From Pseudomonadota bacterium (GTDB lineage Bacteria > Bdellovibrionota_B > Oligoflexia > Oligoflexales > CAIMVM01), in contig JBAXBA010000019.1 of assembly GCA_037142195.1 (NCBI GenBank), positions 1 to 48,815 on the forward strand: 48,815 nt of DNA. The letters run 5' to 3'. Positions 27,416-38,347 of the stretch are shown here, piece after piece (within the stretch, counting starts at the first letter, position 1; the number at the start of each line of letters is the position of its first letter). Both the position numbers and the translations under genes were made by a program. The notes under the pieces were generated by a model. It did not search any database. It worked only from the letters and a program-made list of their open reading frames with translations, and had not been told where the DNA came from.

Positions 27416-28051
27416 ATGAAACAGGTAATTCATGCTTTTTTGGGACTGTGCTTTTTTGTACTAGCCTTTATAAAGGGTGACTTTCTTTCCCTGATCAATA
27501 CTTTTAAGACTAAAGATTTACCGCTAGCTACGGTGCAACGCCAGTATGTGGACATTGCAACACTCGGATATCGGGCTGCATGGGACCGCATCATTCTTAT
27601 TTGGACTCTGCAGGAAGGAGAAGCTCTGGCTGGAGTTTCTAGTTCTGATGAGATTTTTAGAATCTTTTACAATGCTGCAAAATTAAGGCCTCGCGCGCAC
27701 CATCTGTATTTGTATGGCTGCGGTTCTACGGGGTTTAAGTCGAAAAACTATAAAGAGTGCATAGATATCTTAAAAATAGGTATTGAAGTCTTTCCTGATT
27801 CATGGACGATGTATACCTTCCTAGGGTTATCCTATTTCTTGGATCGTGACGATAGAAATGCCGCTCTAGCTTTTAAGGAAGCTAGCATGAAGCCGGGCGC
27901 TCCCGGCTATTTGAGTGGTGTCTACTCTAAGTTTCTTGCAACCGGCGTTCTTGAGGCAAAGGATGCTGTGGATACTCTGAATCAAACTTTAAATGATAGC
28001 TCCCTTTCTAGACTTCGTGAACGACTTTTAAAGAAGGAGGAACCTAGATGA
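27416..28051 (+). CDS. Membrane-anchored TPR-like protein (PilG-like)
   Basis: N-terminal TM; ILKIGIEVFPDSW...LGLSYF...AALAFKEA...PGAPGY; overlaps the ABC ATPase. Confidence 0.65.
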   Translation: MKQVIHAFLGLCFFVLAFIKGDFLSLINTFKTKDLPLATVQRQYVDIATLGYRAAWDRIILIWTLQEGEALAGVSSSDEIFRIFYNAAKLRPRAHHLYLYGCGSTGFKSKNYKECIDILKIGIEVFPDSWTMYTFLGLSYFLDRDDRNAALAFKEASMKPGAPGYLSGVYSKFLATGVLEAKDAVDTLNQTLNDSSLSRLRERLLKKEEPR

Positions 28052-28980
28052 ACCAGCCTATTTTAGTCATAAAAGACCTTACCAAAATCTTTAACGCCGA
28101 TGTTTTAAAGAAGAAATTTTGTGCTGTTGACGACCTTTCCCTATCTTTTGAAGAAGGAAAGGTTACAGGTCTTCTTGGCCATAATGGTGCAGGGAAGACT
28201 ACCACGATTCGCATGATTTTAGGTCTTATTCGCCCAAACTCGGGACAAATTGAATTTCGGGGGAAACCCATTTCCTATACGGACCGAAGAGTTATCGGTT
28301 ATATGCCGGAAACCAATCGCCTTCCTCAATCCCTAACTCCTGAGGAAGCTCTGAGGAGCCATCTCAATTGTTATGAGGGTATTAAAGTTACCAAAGAACT
28401 TATCGCAAATACACTTGAGAAAGTCGGCCTTGAAAAACATAAAAAAAAGAAAATCAAAGAGCTCTCAAAAGGATTAGGCCGCAGAGTTGCTTGGACACTC
28501 GCCACCACCCATGATCCAGATTTCTTAATTTTGGATGAACCCATGTCAGGTTTAGACCCTTTAGGTCGCGCTGAATTTACCGAGTGGATTTTAGAACTTC
28601 GCCAGCGAAATAAGGCTGTTTTGCTGTGCATGCATGAGCTCGAAATGATCGACCAACTTTGTGATGAGGTCGTGATGCTCAGCCGTGGTCGGTTGATTTA
28701 TGCTTCCCACAACGAAGAGAAGTCAGAGCGAGTGATGTGGCATCTGTCCGTTTCAGGAATTGGGCGAGAGAGTCTTGAAAGCTTGACAGGTTCGCTTCCT
28801 GCAGCAAATTTTCGGGAAACTCAAGATCTTGCCCATAAGTTTTGGTTTAAGGATCAGCAGCATGCCCTAAAATGGCTTAAAGCCTTGAGCTCTGAGGGTG
28901 TATTGATTCAAGAGTTTAAAGAGGACCATTCACCGTACCTAAATCGACTTCTTGCTATGTATAAAGGAGATGCGACATGA
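28048..28980 (+). CDS. ABC transporter ATP-binding protein (PilH-like)
   Basis: GHNGAGKTT, LSKG, LDEPMSGLDP. Confidence 0.93.
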   Translation: MNQPILVIKDLTKIFNADVLKKKFCAVDDLSLSFEEGKVTGLLGHNGAGKTTTIRMILGLIRPNSGQIEFRGKPISYTDRRVIGYMPETNRLPQSLTPEEALRSHLNCYEGIKVTKELIANTLEKVGLEKHKKKKIKELSKGLGRRVAWTLATTHDPDFLILDEPMSGLDPLGRAEFTEWILELRQRNKAVLLCMHELEMIDQLCDEVVMLSRGRLIYASHNEEKSERVMWHLSVSGIGRESLESLTGSLPAANFRETQDLAHKFWFKDQQHALKWLKALSSEGVLIQEFKEDHSPYLNRLLAMYKGDAT

Positions 28981-29738
28981 AACAGGTATTAGCCATTGCC
29001 CAAGAAACTTTTCTGTCTCTTAAAAGGGACAAGATCTTTCAGCCGCTTTCGATCATCATTACTGCTGCCGTCGGTGTTGCTATTTTTGCGGCAGACTGGT
29101 CCTTAGAAAGTCGAAGTCAAGTCTATCACGACATTGTCGCTTTCATCTTCCAGGTGTCAGGCGCTTTTATTTCCATGATTTGGGGTGTCAAAATCATTTC
29201 CGATTCTAAACAAGATGGATCTATCGAGTTATCTATGTCACGCCCCCTACCAAGAAGTCAGTGGTTACTGGGGCGAATGCTAGGGTTATTTTTTAGTCTA
29301 TTGGCAATGGCTGCCATTACGGGTCTTATTTGGCGCTTAGGAGCGATTGCATGCGATATTGAAACCAACACTCTTTGGTTTAGCATCGCTCTTACCCAAA
29401 CCACTTTGCTTTGGTTTATTACGGGTTCCGTCGCCATTTTTATGAGTTCTTTTACGGGACCAGGAACCGCTCTTTTTGCGTCCATTTCTATCTGGATTTT
29501 GGGGCTTCTTAGCCGCCCCATCGCTACGGGTTTAGTGGGTAGTGCGAATCCAGAAGCCAAGCAATTCACAGAGTTTTTAGCAAAGATCTGGTCCTTGTCT
29601 CCGCTCATACCCGAGTCCCATGGCACCATTATCTCTGTTTTAGAGCGGCAACAAACAGCTCTTTATGCGCTTGCTATTTTGTCAGCCTTCTATTTTATGG
29701 GTGCCGCATTTGCCCATTTTAAAGATATAAATTCTTAG
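28977..29738 (+). CDS. ABC-2 type permease (PilI-like)
   Basis: About six TM segments; SRPLPRSQWLLGR motif; translationally coupled to the ATPase. Confidence 0.88.
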   Translation: MKQVLAIAQETFLSLKRDKIFQPLSIIITAAVGVAIFAADWSLESRSQVYHDIVAFIFQVSGAFISMIWGVKIISDSKQDGSIELSMSRPLPRSQWLLGRMLGLFFSLLAMAAITGLIWRLGAIACDIETNTLWFSIALTQTTLLWFITGSVAIFMSSFTGPGTALFASISIWILGLLSRPIATGLVGSANPEAKQFTEFLAKIWSLSPLIPESHGTIISVLERQQTALYALAILSAFYFMGAAFAHFKDINS

Positions 29739-29867
29739 AAGTAGAAAGTTGAATTCGAAATGATTCGAGTTGTTTTTAAGCATTTAAGTCGCCAGCATCA
29801 GAGCGTCGTGGACTGTCCTACCTAACTTTTTGCCAAAGAAGCATTTCTAGGTCCTGGAAGGAAAACT

Positions 29868-31622
29868 CTAAGGACACTCGCTACGAATTCTTCCTAAGCC
29901 ATGGGCAATAAACACTTTATTGATCATACATCTAAGTGGCTTTTCACGTTCATAAGCCATTAAGAAATCGTGCACATCTGTATACTTTCTGGCGCCTTTA
30001 ATGGACTGAAAGACATAGGAGCGAAATAGTTTCTGTGACTGTTCTATGGAATTTGTTTTGATAAGATTTTGGTATAAATCGTAGAATGTATTGGCAATGA
30101 TGAGGCCTTCCTCATGAAACTCTCCACGATCTTTAGGATAGCTTTTAAAAATGGAGATATTTCTGATAGGGAGATTGTCGCGCTTTAAGTTAGTTCCAAT
30201 GTCGGGCTTAAAGAACACTGCAAATGCCACTGCATCTCCAAAACCCTCTGAATAAGCCCGATCTTCAATCCCGCCTGTAGAGTCATCTAAACCATGGGCC
30301 CACTCATGGGCTACAACATCAGCCATATTTCCCGTGTTATTACAGGCGACTTTTCCTTGCTGAAAGTTAATGGTGCCGGCATTGGCCCCGCCAGCCTCTT
30401 TTCTTACATAGTAGGCATTGCACTCATTGTCTTCGTTTACAAAAACCTTGACTGGGCTTTTAGACCATTCTGAAAAGTCGGGGTCGACGGAATGGGTTAT
30501 TTTTCTAAGTTTGTAAAGAGTGTGATATACGGTGCCGTGGGCATAAAACACATCGTTTTCTGGGGGGCTTGAAAGGGAATAGGCAGGAAACGTAAAGTAG
30601 GGAGTGCCGTTTGGGGCTGTTGCTTTCACAGCTAACGCTGAAAGTTTGTATTTTGGGTCAGAACTGGAAATATTACCTAAATCACTGTTCAAACCATCAA
30701 ATCTATAGGTTCCGTCTTCAACTCTACCTTCAGGAGTAGCTTGGATCATGCAGCCGGACTTGGCTGATGTCAAAGTTCCCAATGAATAAGGCAAATCTAA
30801 TAGGCCTTCCTTTGCGTTTCTCTCGAAACCTCGAATGTTCACCGGTATGCCTACGCTGAATCTATCAGAGAAAATTTCAGTCATTTTGCCCGTACTGAGA
30901 TCAAACTCAATGTCAAAGGATTCTGTGCTGCTGTAGTTTGATTTTATGCGGCGCGTGGGCGCGAGTTGATAGCCATTAAGTGATTCTTTAACTCGGTAGT
31001 AGGTTGTAGAGTGAACGAAAGGTCTTTCAAGAACTTCCTTCATTACATTTTCTGCGTCGATGGTTCTATAGGTCTGAGGTGAGACTTGTGCCTCACTAAA
31101 GCTTTGATTTACGATTTGTACGACGCGGCCATTGACGAGCCTGACGTCAAAATTAGCGTCTTTGATAAGAATATTGTTTAAGTAGACATCATACTTTAAA
31201 AATTGAAACTGCTGATTGAGAATCGAGGCGCTTGGTTTCAGCTTAAGGTTTTTAGACGACATCTTTAAAAGGTCAGCATTTTGATCTATGAATTTTAGCA
31301 CTGCTCGAGACGTTTGAGCCAGATCAGACCCTGTTCGGTAATCTGTCAAAAGTCGGGGGACGGTATACTCAACCAGCCTAACTGCTCCAGAACGCCTGTC
31401 TTTCCACAACGTATATTCGGAGGAAGGATTGTACATGAGCTCAGGTCTTACGACACTTTCTTGAAGGAGAGCTTTGCTAAACAAGAGTGATTTTATTCTA
31501 GGCGGGACACCTAAAGAATCGGGAAGGAATGCAAAGCTTTTCGTAGAAAGAAAAAAAGACAAAGCAACACGAAAGAGGATGTTTACATTCTTTCTTCTCG
31601 ATAGGTTGTTCCGTTTAAGCAT
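29868..31622 (-). CDS. Secreted M4/M36 (thermolysin/fungalysin-like) metallopeptidase with propeptide
   Basis: CNAYY, DVVAHEWAHG, YSEGFGD, GEFHEEG; N-terminal signal and FTP-like prodomain; start uncertain. Confidence 0.88.
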   Translation of the reverse strand: MLKRNNLSRRKNVNILFRVALSFFLSTKSFAFLPDSLGVPPRIKSLLFSKALLQESVVRPELMYNPSSEYTLWKDRRSGAVRLVEYTVPRLLTDYRTGSDLAQTSRAVLKFIDQNADLLKMSSKNLKLKPSASILNQQFQFLKYDVYLNNILIKDANFDVRLVNGRVVQIVNQSFSEAQVSPQTYRTIDAENVMKEVLERPFVHSTTYYRVKESLNGYQLAPTRRIKSNYSSTESFDIEFDLSTGKMTEIFSDRFSVGIPVNIRGFERNAKEGLLDLPYSLGTLTSAKSGCMIQATPEGRVEDGTYRFDGLNSDLGNISSSDPKYKLSALAVKATAPNGTPYFTFPAYSLSSPPENDVFYAHGTVYHTLYKLRKITHSVDPDFSEWSKSPVKVFVNEDNECNAYYVRKEAGGANAGTINFQQGKVACNNTGNMADVVAHEWAHGLDDSTGGIEDRAYSEGFGDAVAFAVFFKPDIGTNLKRDNLPIRNISIFKSYPKDRGEFHEEGLIIANTFYDLYQNLIKTNSIEQSQKLFRSYVFQSIKGARKYTDVHDFLMAYEREKPLRCMINKVFIAHGLGRIRSECP

Positions 31623-31830
31623 TCTACTTCCCTTAGTTTCGGGCAAACTTATATTCCAAAAGCATTTCAAGTTCTATGCAAGTTCCCTCTACAAGGCTTC
31701 CTTTTAAACGATTTTTCTAGGGAGTCATGGGGACTTAGTAGACGAGTCTCAGCTGCCAAGGAAGGCCATAGAAAATCCGCAATTTGCGGCTCAATCCTAT
31801 CAGACAACTCCTTGGGGGCAACTTCAAGTC

Positions 31831-32940
31831 TTAAGTTTCGTCCCGATGGATCCAAGATTGATTATTAAATGTATGCGTCATTCTAGGATTTTTGGCTCGA
31901 GCTTCTTGTACTCGGACTTCAGCGATATGATTGGAAGCCTCCCAAGTAGGAATACTCTGTGTTTCAGAAGTCTGAAAGACATGTAGCAAAGTATCATAGA
32001 TGCCAAGGGCTTCATTTAATGCCTTGTCACGGTTGTATCCAATGAGTTCGTGACAAACATTGATGAGGCCACCTGCATTAATGACATAGTCTGGAGAATA
32101 TAGAATTCCTTGTTCCATAAGCATAATGCCATGTTTCTTTTCTTCGAGGAGTTGGTTGTTGGCTGCTCCCGCGATGATTTTTGCTTTAATAGCTGGAATC
32201 GTCTGATCGTTTAAAATTCCGCCAAGAGCACATGGCGCAAATACGTCGACGTCAGCACCATGGATTTCAAAAGGATCCATGAGCTTAGCTTTATAGGTTT
32301 CAGCTACTATCTGCGCAGCTTCTTTATTGATATCGGCAACCACAACTTTGGCTCCCGCTTCACTCAGTTGGTGCACTAAGCTTTTGCCTACAGCACCAAC
32401 GCCTTGAACAGCAACACGAACGTCCTTAAGGGAATCAGTTTTTAGTTTGTATTTAACAGCGGCTCTAAGCCCGGAAAAAACACCAAGCGCGGTTACTGGC
32501 GAGGGATCTCCTGATCCATGGGAAGAGGAAGTTACTCCAGCAACATATTTAGTTTCTTTAGCAACGAAGTTTATGTCATCAGGTCTCACATTTACGTCTT
32601 CTGCTGTTATATAACGACCATTGAGTCCCTGAACGAATTTTCCAAAGGCCCTAAAAAGTTGTTCCGATTTGAGTTTTTGAGGATTGCCCATGATGACAGC
32701 TTTTCCACCGCCAAGAGGTAGCCCTGCTACGGCTGCTTTATAAGTCATCCCTCGAGACAGTCTTAGGACATCTGTGATGGCCTCTTCTTCGTTACGGTAA
32801 TCCCAAAATCTGCAGCCGCCCAGTGCAGGCCCTATACTGGTGTCATGGATGGCAATAATCGCCTTTAATCCAGACTCTGGATCACTACAAAAAACAACCT
32901 CTTCATGCCCCATTTCCGATGCAATGGTAAAGATACCCAT
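31831..32940 (-). CDS. Leucine dehydrogenase (Glu/Leu/Phe/Val dehydrogenase family)
   Basis: GPALGGCR, LSRGMTYK, GGGKAV, TAEDV, GDPSPVTA, QGVGAVG, GAANNQL, PDYVINAGG. Confidence 0.95.
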   Translation of the reverse strand: MGIFTIASEMGHEEVVFCSDPESGLKAIIAIHDTSIGPALGGCRFWDYRNEEEAITDVLRLSRGMTYKAAVAGLPLGGGKAVIMGNPQKLKSEQLFRAFGKFVQGLNGRYITAEDVNVRPDDINFVAKETKYVAGVTSSSHGSGDPSPVTALGVFSGLRAAVKYKLKTDSLKDVRVAVQGVGAVGKSLVHQLSEAGAKVVVADINKEAAQIVAETYKAKLMDPFEIHGADVDVFAPCALGGILNDQTIPAIKAKIIAGAANNQLLEEKKHGIMLMEQGILYSPDYVINAGGLINVCHELIGYNRDKALNEALGIYDTLLHVFQTSETQSIPTWEASNHIAEVRVQEARAKNPRMTHTFNNQSWIHRDET

Positions 32941-33180
32941 AGATTTACCTCAATAGATCAAACCCAGCTTCTAGGACTAGGCCTGAATGTCAGAATATGA
33001 CGCCACATTATAGAAAAGTGTTCCGAAACGCAACTTGAACAAAATTAAATGTATCCAATTAAATCAGTAGGTTAGCGTATTGCTGGCTTTGAGAGCAGTA
33101 AATACTTGCCTTTTCGGCAGCCCTGAGATTAATACACGCTAGGGAATCTCTTCGGATTCTTATGGGAGGCATTGAGGGAC

Positions 33181-35073
33181 ATGAACTACGACGTGATAGT
33201 GGTGGGAGCCGGACATGCAGGATGCGAAGCTGCTTTAGCGGCGGCGCGTATGGGTGCAAAGACTCTACTGATCACGATGTCAGTCGACCGCATTGCTGCT
33301 ATGAGCTGTAATCCAGCAATCGGAGGTACCGCGAAAGGTCACCTCGTAAAAGAAATTGACGCTCTGGGTGGCGAAATGGGCAAAGCAGCTGACTTCGCCG
33401 GCATCCAGTTTAGAGTTTTGAACCGCAAAAAAGGTCCTGCCATTTGGTCTTCCAGGGCACAAACAGATATGCATCAATATAGCATCTATATGAAGAAGAT
33501 CATCGAGCAACAGGCCGACCTTCATCTAAGGCAAGACACTGTCGAAGCTTTGATTTTAAATGATGACCTCGGAGCGCCGCGCGTGATCGGCCTTGAGTGC
33601 AAAATATTTGGCAGGTATTTTGCAAAGTCAATTATTCTCACAACCGGAACATTTCTAAATGGCCTCATCCATGTAGGGACCACTACTAAAATTCCAGCAG
33701 GCCGATTTGGCGATAGCCCGTCTCTGGGATTGGCTTCCTTCATATCACAGTTTGGATTTCGAGTCGGCCGGCTCAAGACGGGAACCCCTGCGCGTTTAGA
33801 CGGTAAGACCATTCGCTGGGACCTCTTAGAGGCCCAACATTCGGATGAAGATATCATTCCCTTTAGTTTTGATACTGAAGAAATCAAGCAGCCCCTATTG
33901 CCTTGCTACATAACTTATACCAATGACCGAACCCACGCTGTTATTCGCAATAACCTATCTCAATCAGCCATGTATGGTGGTGAGATCGACGGCATCGGGC
34001 CGCGCTACTGCCCAAGCATCGAAGACAAAGTTGTGCGTTTTGGCGATCGTGAAAAGCATCAGATTTTTCTTGAGCCACAAGGCCGGGACACATGCGAAGT
34101 TTACCCCAATGGAATTTCCACCTCGCTACCCATGTCTGTCCAATGGGAATACATAAGAACCATTAAGGGACTGGAAGATGTCGAGATCATTCGGCCTGGC
34201 TATGCTATTGAATATGACTTTGTGGATCCTACGGAACTTCATGCCACTCTGGAAACAAAGAAAGTAAAATCTTTATACTTTGCAGGCCAAATTAACGGCA
34301 CAACGGGCTATGAAGAAGCAGCGGCGCAAGGTCTTATGGCTGGAATCAATGCGGCACTTTACGTTCAAAATAAAGCTCCCTTTGTATTGGGCAGACAGCA
34401 TGCCTACATCGGTGTTCTCATCGACGACTTGGTTACTAAAGGAACCTTAGAGCCCTATCGTATGTTTACCTCGAGAGCGGAACATAGACTCTACCTTAGA
34501 GAAGACAATGCTGATTTAAGGCTGTCTGAGCTTGGAAAAGCCATTGGTCTTCTGAGCACTAACAGCTACGACAAATTTTTGATTAGAAAAAATACGATTT
34601 CGGAAGCTTTAAGTTTTATAAAAGCCACCGCCGTCGGTGATATAGAAGTTCCCCCAGAGTTTCTCTTGGAAAAAGACAACCGCGGAACCAAATTGGAAAA
34701 TGTCCTAAGGCGCCCCGACATTGATTTCAGGGATCTTATTTCTAAATTGGACTATTTTAAAGGGCTTCCCAAAAGTATTTTGAACCGCTTAGAAATTGAA
34801 ACTAAATATGCAGGCTATATCGAACGCGAAAAGCTTAGTATGAAATCTAGCGAGTCTCTAGACCGTATCAAGATGAGCCCTAGCTTCGACTATTCCAGCA
34901 TCTCCGGTCTATCTACAGAAGAGAAGCTAAAACTCACTTCCGCACAGCCTGAAACCCTAGGGCAGGCTTCTAGGATGCCTGGTATTACCCCTTCATCTAT
35001 TCAGATTTTAAGAATCTGGCTAAGCCGGAGAGGCAGCCAAGCCTCCAAAGAAAACAATTTGAATTTGGTCTAA
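33181..35073 (+). CDS. mnmG: tRNA uridine-5-carboxymethylaminomethyl modification enzyme
   Basis: [61 protein letters not shown]. Confidence 0.98.
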   Translation: MNYDVIVVGAGHAGCEAALAAARMGAKTLLITMSVDRIAAMSCNPAIGGTAKGHLVKEIDALGGEMGKAADFAGIQFRVLNRKKGPAIWSSRAQTDMHQYSIYMKKIIEQQADLHLRQDTVEALILNDDLGAPRVIGLECKIFGRYFAKSIILTTGTFLNGLIHVGTTTKIPAGRFGDSPSLGLASFISQFGFRVGRLKTGTPARLDGKTIRWDLLEAQHSDEDIIPFSFDTEEIKQPLLPCYITYTNDRTHAVIRNNLSQSAMYGGEIDGIGPRYCPSIEDKVVRFGDREKHQIFLEPQGRDTCEVYPNGISTSLPMSVQWEYIRTIKGLEDVEIIRPGYAIEYDFVDPTELHATLETKKVKSLYFAGQINGTTGYEEAAAQGLMAGINAALYVQNKAPFVLGRQHAYIGVLIDDLVTKGTLEPYRMFTSRAEHRLYLREDNADLRLSELGKAIGLLSTNSYDKFLIRKNTISEALSFIKATAVGDIEVPPEFLLEKDNRGTKLENVLRRPDIDFRDLISKLDYFKGLPKSILNRLEIETKYAGYIEREKLSMKSSESLDRIKMSPSFDYSSISGLSTEEKLKLTSAQPETLGQASRMPGITPSSIQILRIWLSRRGSQASKENNLNLV

Positions 35074-35836
35074 GGAATCCTTTGTCAGCTTTAATTGCAA
35101 TTTAAGCTGTCATCGAGGAACTTCCATTACCAAAAAACTGACCTGCAGTTTGTGCTATTCCCATCGAATGTGGCCTTCGCCATCCCACTTCAATTCCACG
35201 TGGCTTTTTCCTCATGGCTGAAGAGAAGACGGTAGGATTTAAATACACTGGGAAATGAAAAAATGTTTTCAAGAAAATCAGACCCCCCAAGTTCGAATGA
35301 AGCACTCGAAGAAAGGCTGAATCCAGTACTTGATGGCAGACTTTTAATCTATTCGTTCTAGGGTGGATTATGTAGATGGCCTCCAAATTCTTTATTCTAA
35401 AAGTGAACTATGATCTCTCGACATTTATTTCTGCCCGACCTTTTTTAAAGAAATAATATGGAACCTGCATCAGATTTTGCTGCCACTTTAGGGTGCCTGA
35501 GTTAGGCTTCTCAAGTAGTGCTATAGGAAACCTAAGCCACCATAAAGGTATAGTAAAAAAGGTCTAGAACGTAAAATTTTAAAGATTTAGCGCCAGCTGG
35601 TCCCTACTAAGTAAACGTCCGTTCCAAAGCGTCTCATGAGACACACCCGATTTATTCGATCTCAATTCACATTAAAAAAGCCGACTAAAACTGATGTACA
35701 GGAAATTCCATACGTCTAGGGGGATTGGATGACAAATGGAAAAGTGGTTCGATTTATCTACTTTGGACGGGGTGCATTAGAAATCAGAAAATAGCTATTG
35801 ACTGTCCAGTCAACTCTTACTAGAAAGCACCACCGC

Positions 35837-35880
35837 TGGCCGGAACAGGCCTAAAGTGGCCACAACTGGCCTAAAGTGTC
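35837..35880 (+). repeat. 10-bp-phased GGCC repeats including a 20-bp-spaced GGCCTAAAGTG duplicate
   Basis: GGCC at 35838, 35848, 35858 and 35868. Confidence 0.7.
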
Positions 35881-35889
35881 AATACCAAC

Positions 35890-37758
35890 ATGAGGAATGG
35901 AATGATCTCTCGAAAAAAACATCTCGCAGCACTCGTGCTTTGTGGAATAGTGGTTGCTTGTGGAAAAGATTCACAATCGACCGAAAAGCATGATGATGGA
36001 AAAATCATTCGGTCATCCCTGCATTCTAACTGGTTGATTATGGATCGAGCTTCATTCCTAACAGATGTCTTGAACCTAAGTGAAACGGACGCTGTTCCTG
36101 CTAACTCTTTTTCCACTTTGCTCATTAAGGGTTGGGTTGACAGAATTGACGCTTACGCAAGAAGGCGTGACCCGGTTCTTTTAGCTGGCATTCCCAAGCC
36201 CAATGTATTGGTCGTCAAAGAAGAAGAAGCCAATGCATTCGTTATGGGCATGAGGGTTTGCTACAATGTTAAAGTGACCTATGGCGATGGATCTAAATCA
36301 GCTCCTAATGGTGTTTATCTCAGTAGAACGCGAGACCGTCTCGAGATGGATCGCCCCGATGATTCTCCTTGTATAGAGGCAAGTCCCCTGGACCTAACAG
36401 GCATTGCTGCAGAAATTTCAAATCGAGGCCTGAAATGTTCGTTTAAAATAACTAAAGATGGGATTGAGTTCCCTAATAATTGTCATGTTTCGGATAAAGC
36501 CTACACATGGGGATTTACATCTCAGAAGCTTTTTCTTAATAAAACACCAAACTGGATCGTGGTCAATTCAGGTTTGAAAAATAAGCTTCAAAATGAAGAG
36601 TCCCTCGCGGCAGTTATAGCTCACGAGCTTGGCCATTATTACAGATCCCATGTAAACTACTATCAGAATGATTATGATTTTTTTTACAGGCTATATGATG
36701 CTGGAAATCCTAATCACAAACCCGTTCGTGATGAATTGTTAGAACAATTAGGTAAAACGGTGTCTCAAGCAAGCGCAGCTTTTGCACCCTACAATCATAT
36801 TCCCCTAGATCCTAAAATCTTAAAACTCGATTTTATACTTTTTTTACCTCTAGGCGATATCGCAAGGCAAGCAAGTGTCCTTCCCAGCTGCAGAAACGCA
36901 GCAGCATTTGATGATCCAACTACAGCAAAAGAATTGGCTATGATGCCCTATAGCGCTCCAGATAACTTAGACACTTTTAGCAGATTTGCAGGGCTGATGA
37001 ATCAATGCTTAGAGGACATCGAAGCATCTGGTAACGTAAAGGATAAAATCAATTTAAATTATGGTTTAGAAGAAGCCTTTACTCGCCCCAGTTGGGCGCC
37101 CTACAAGAAAAATTCTAATTATACTGTAGAGGAAAGAGTTGCACTCATGGCCTATACAAAGGCACTTTACGAATTCCTTAGTTCCAATATAACCTTCCCA
37201 AGAACGTTTACAAAAAATGAGATTTTAGATTTGGGCAGGGCCCAAATAGCCAGAGGGGCTCAGATTTTAGAGATTTTACAAGCAGCATATGATGCTAAAT
37301 TAGGACATTATACGACTGAGCAAGAAGCAGACGAACTAGCTGTAGAAATTCTTTCTAATCTCGGTTTAGGCGCAGAAACAGCAGTAGATGTCGAAATGGC
37401 ATTTTTACCTGAGGAAGAAGACCTTGGAGGGTGGGTATTAGGTCGCGATCGTTGTGAGAAAATGCGCGCCAACAACTGGGTCGATCCCGACGGCTATTAT
37501 AATAGCTTAGTCCTTCCTATTGGAAACTATTCAGAACAGCATCACAGTGCATGCTTCAGAGCCTTCAATGCTTCTCGCGAAATTGCTGCCCACGGATATC
37601 AGCGAAGAGCTAAATCCCCCCTGGATACGAGTAATTGGGTAAAATTTAAGGAAGATCTTAGTTCCGATAAAAATGGCTTTAATAGACTGAAAAAAGCCAA
37701 GAATCCCAAGAAGACAGTTGTTTACCCCAAGAATTGTACCTTTGCTCCAAAGGCTTAG
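35890..37758 (+). CDS. M48-family metallopeptidase lipoprotein
   Basis: Lipobox VVAC; ANAF, LAAVIAHELGH, distal EQEADELA and a late HHS..FR motif. Confidence 0.87.
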   Translation: MRNGMISRKKHLAALVLCGIVVACGKDSQSTEKHDDGKIIRSSLHSNWLIMDRASFLTDVLNLSETDAVPANSFSTLLIKGWVDRIDAYARRRDPVLLAGIPKPNVLVVKEEEANAFVMGMRVCYNVKVTYGDGSKSAPNGVYLSRTRDRLEMDRPDDSPCIEASPLDLTGIAAEISNRGLKCSFKITKDGIEFPNNCHVSDKAYTWGFTSQKLFLNKTPNWIVVNSGLKNKLQNEESLAAVIAHELGHYYRSHVNYYQNDYDFFYRLYDAGNPNHKPVRDELLEQLGKTVSQASAAFAPYNHIPLDPKILKLDFILFLPLGDIARQASVLPSCRNAAAFDDPTTAKELAMMPYSAPDNLDTFSRFAGLMNQCLEDIEASGNVKDKINLNYGLEEAFTRPSWAPYKKNSNYTVEERVALMAYTKALYEFLSSNITFPRTFTKNEILDLGRAQIARGAQILEILQAAYDAKLGHYTTEQEADELAVEILSNLGLGAETAVDVEMAFLPEEEDLGGWVLGRDRCEKMRANNWVDPDGYYNSLVLPIGNYSEQHHSACFRAFNASREIAAHGYQRRAKSPLDTSNWVKFKEDLSSDKNGFNRLKKAKNPKKTVVYPKNCTFAPKA

Positions 37759-37785
37759 GAGCGAGTCCTAGACTTCCATTAAGAC

Positions 37786-37825
37786 AATCAGCCATGAAGA
37801 CTTCATGGTTGATTTCTTTCTTTTT
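37786..37825 (+). terminator. Intrinsic terminator
   Basis: AATCAGCCATGAA / TTCATGGTTGATT stem followed by a T-rich tract. Confidence 0.8.
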
Positions 37826-38347
37826 CCATCGCAGTCCTAGGTCCTTCTAGGAAGGGGATTCTTTGTCCCTATTTCCGCACATGGATTCACTTTTTGACGT
37901 CCGCTTCAGGTGATCTAAAGCAGGTTCATGAAGGCTTTAAATCAAAGGGTGTGAAAAAACTCCCTTACAATGGCAGGGGCCGAGGCCGCCATCAGAACCA
38001 TGATTACTCACCAGTATTTCCATAGTGTAAGAACTGCATAAAGAGGAAAAATAGAGCCTAATCAGTTAGGAATAGGCTGCTTAGGTTGCACCATGAAACC
38101 TCTTGCCTAGATGACGCACCATGTAACGTTTCTTGTCAATTTGAATTTACCAACGTGAATATTCCTAAAGAAAGTTATAAAATGTCTGGACATGTGCTGA
38201 GCAATTGCGAATGAATTTGAATGTGAGAGAAGAACGTTCTAAATGATTAAGTCATTGCCTAGAGCTATTTAAAATAGGGCCGTGATGACATATTTTTATG
38301 GTTAACTATTTTCGGTTGTTGAGTCTCGATTTACTTTGGAGTTCTAA

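Noticed and set aside
32941..33180. oriC or parS near mnmG
   Set aside because: No TTATCCACA clusters or parS palindrome found by eye
37830..38340. Hidden gene between the M48 peptidase and GST
   Set aside because: Only short frames with frequent stops and no recognisable motif
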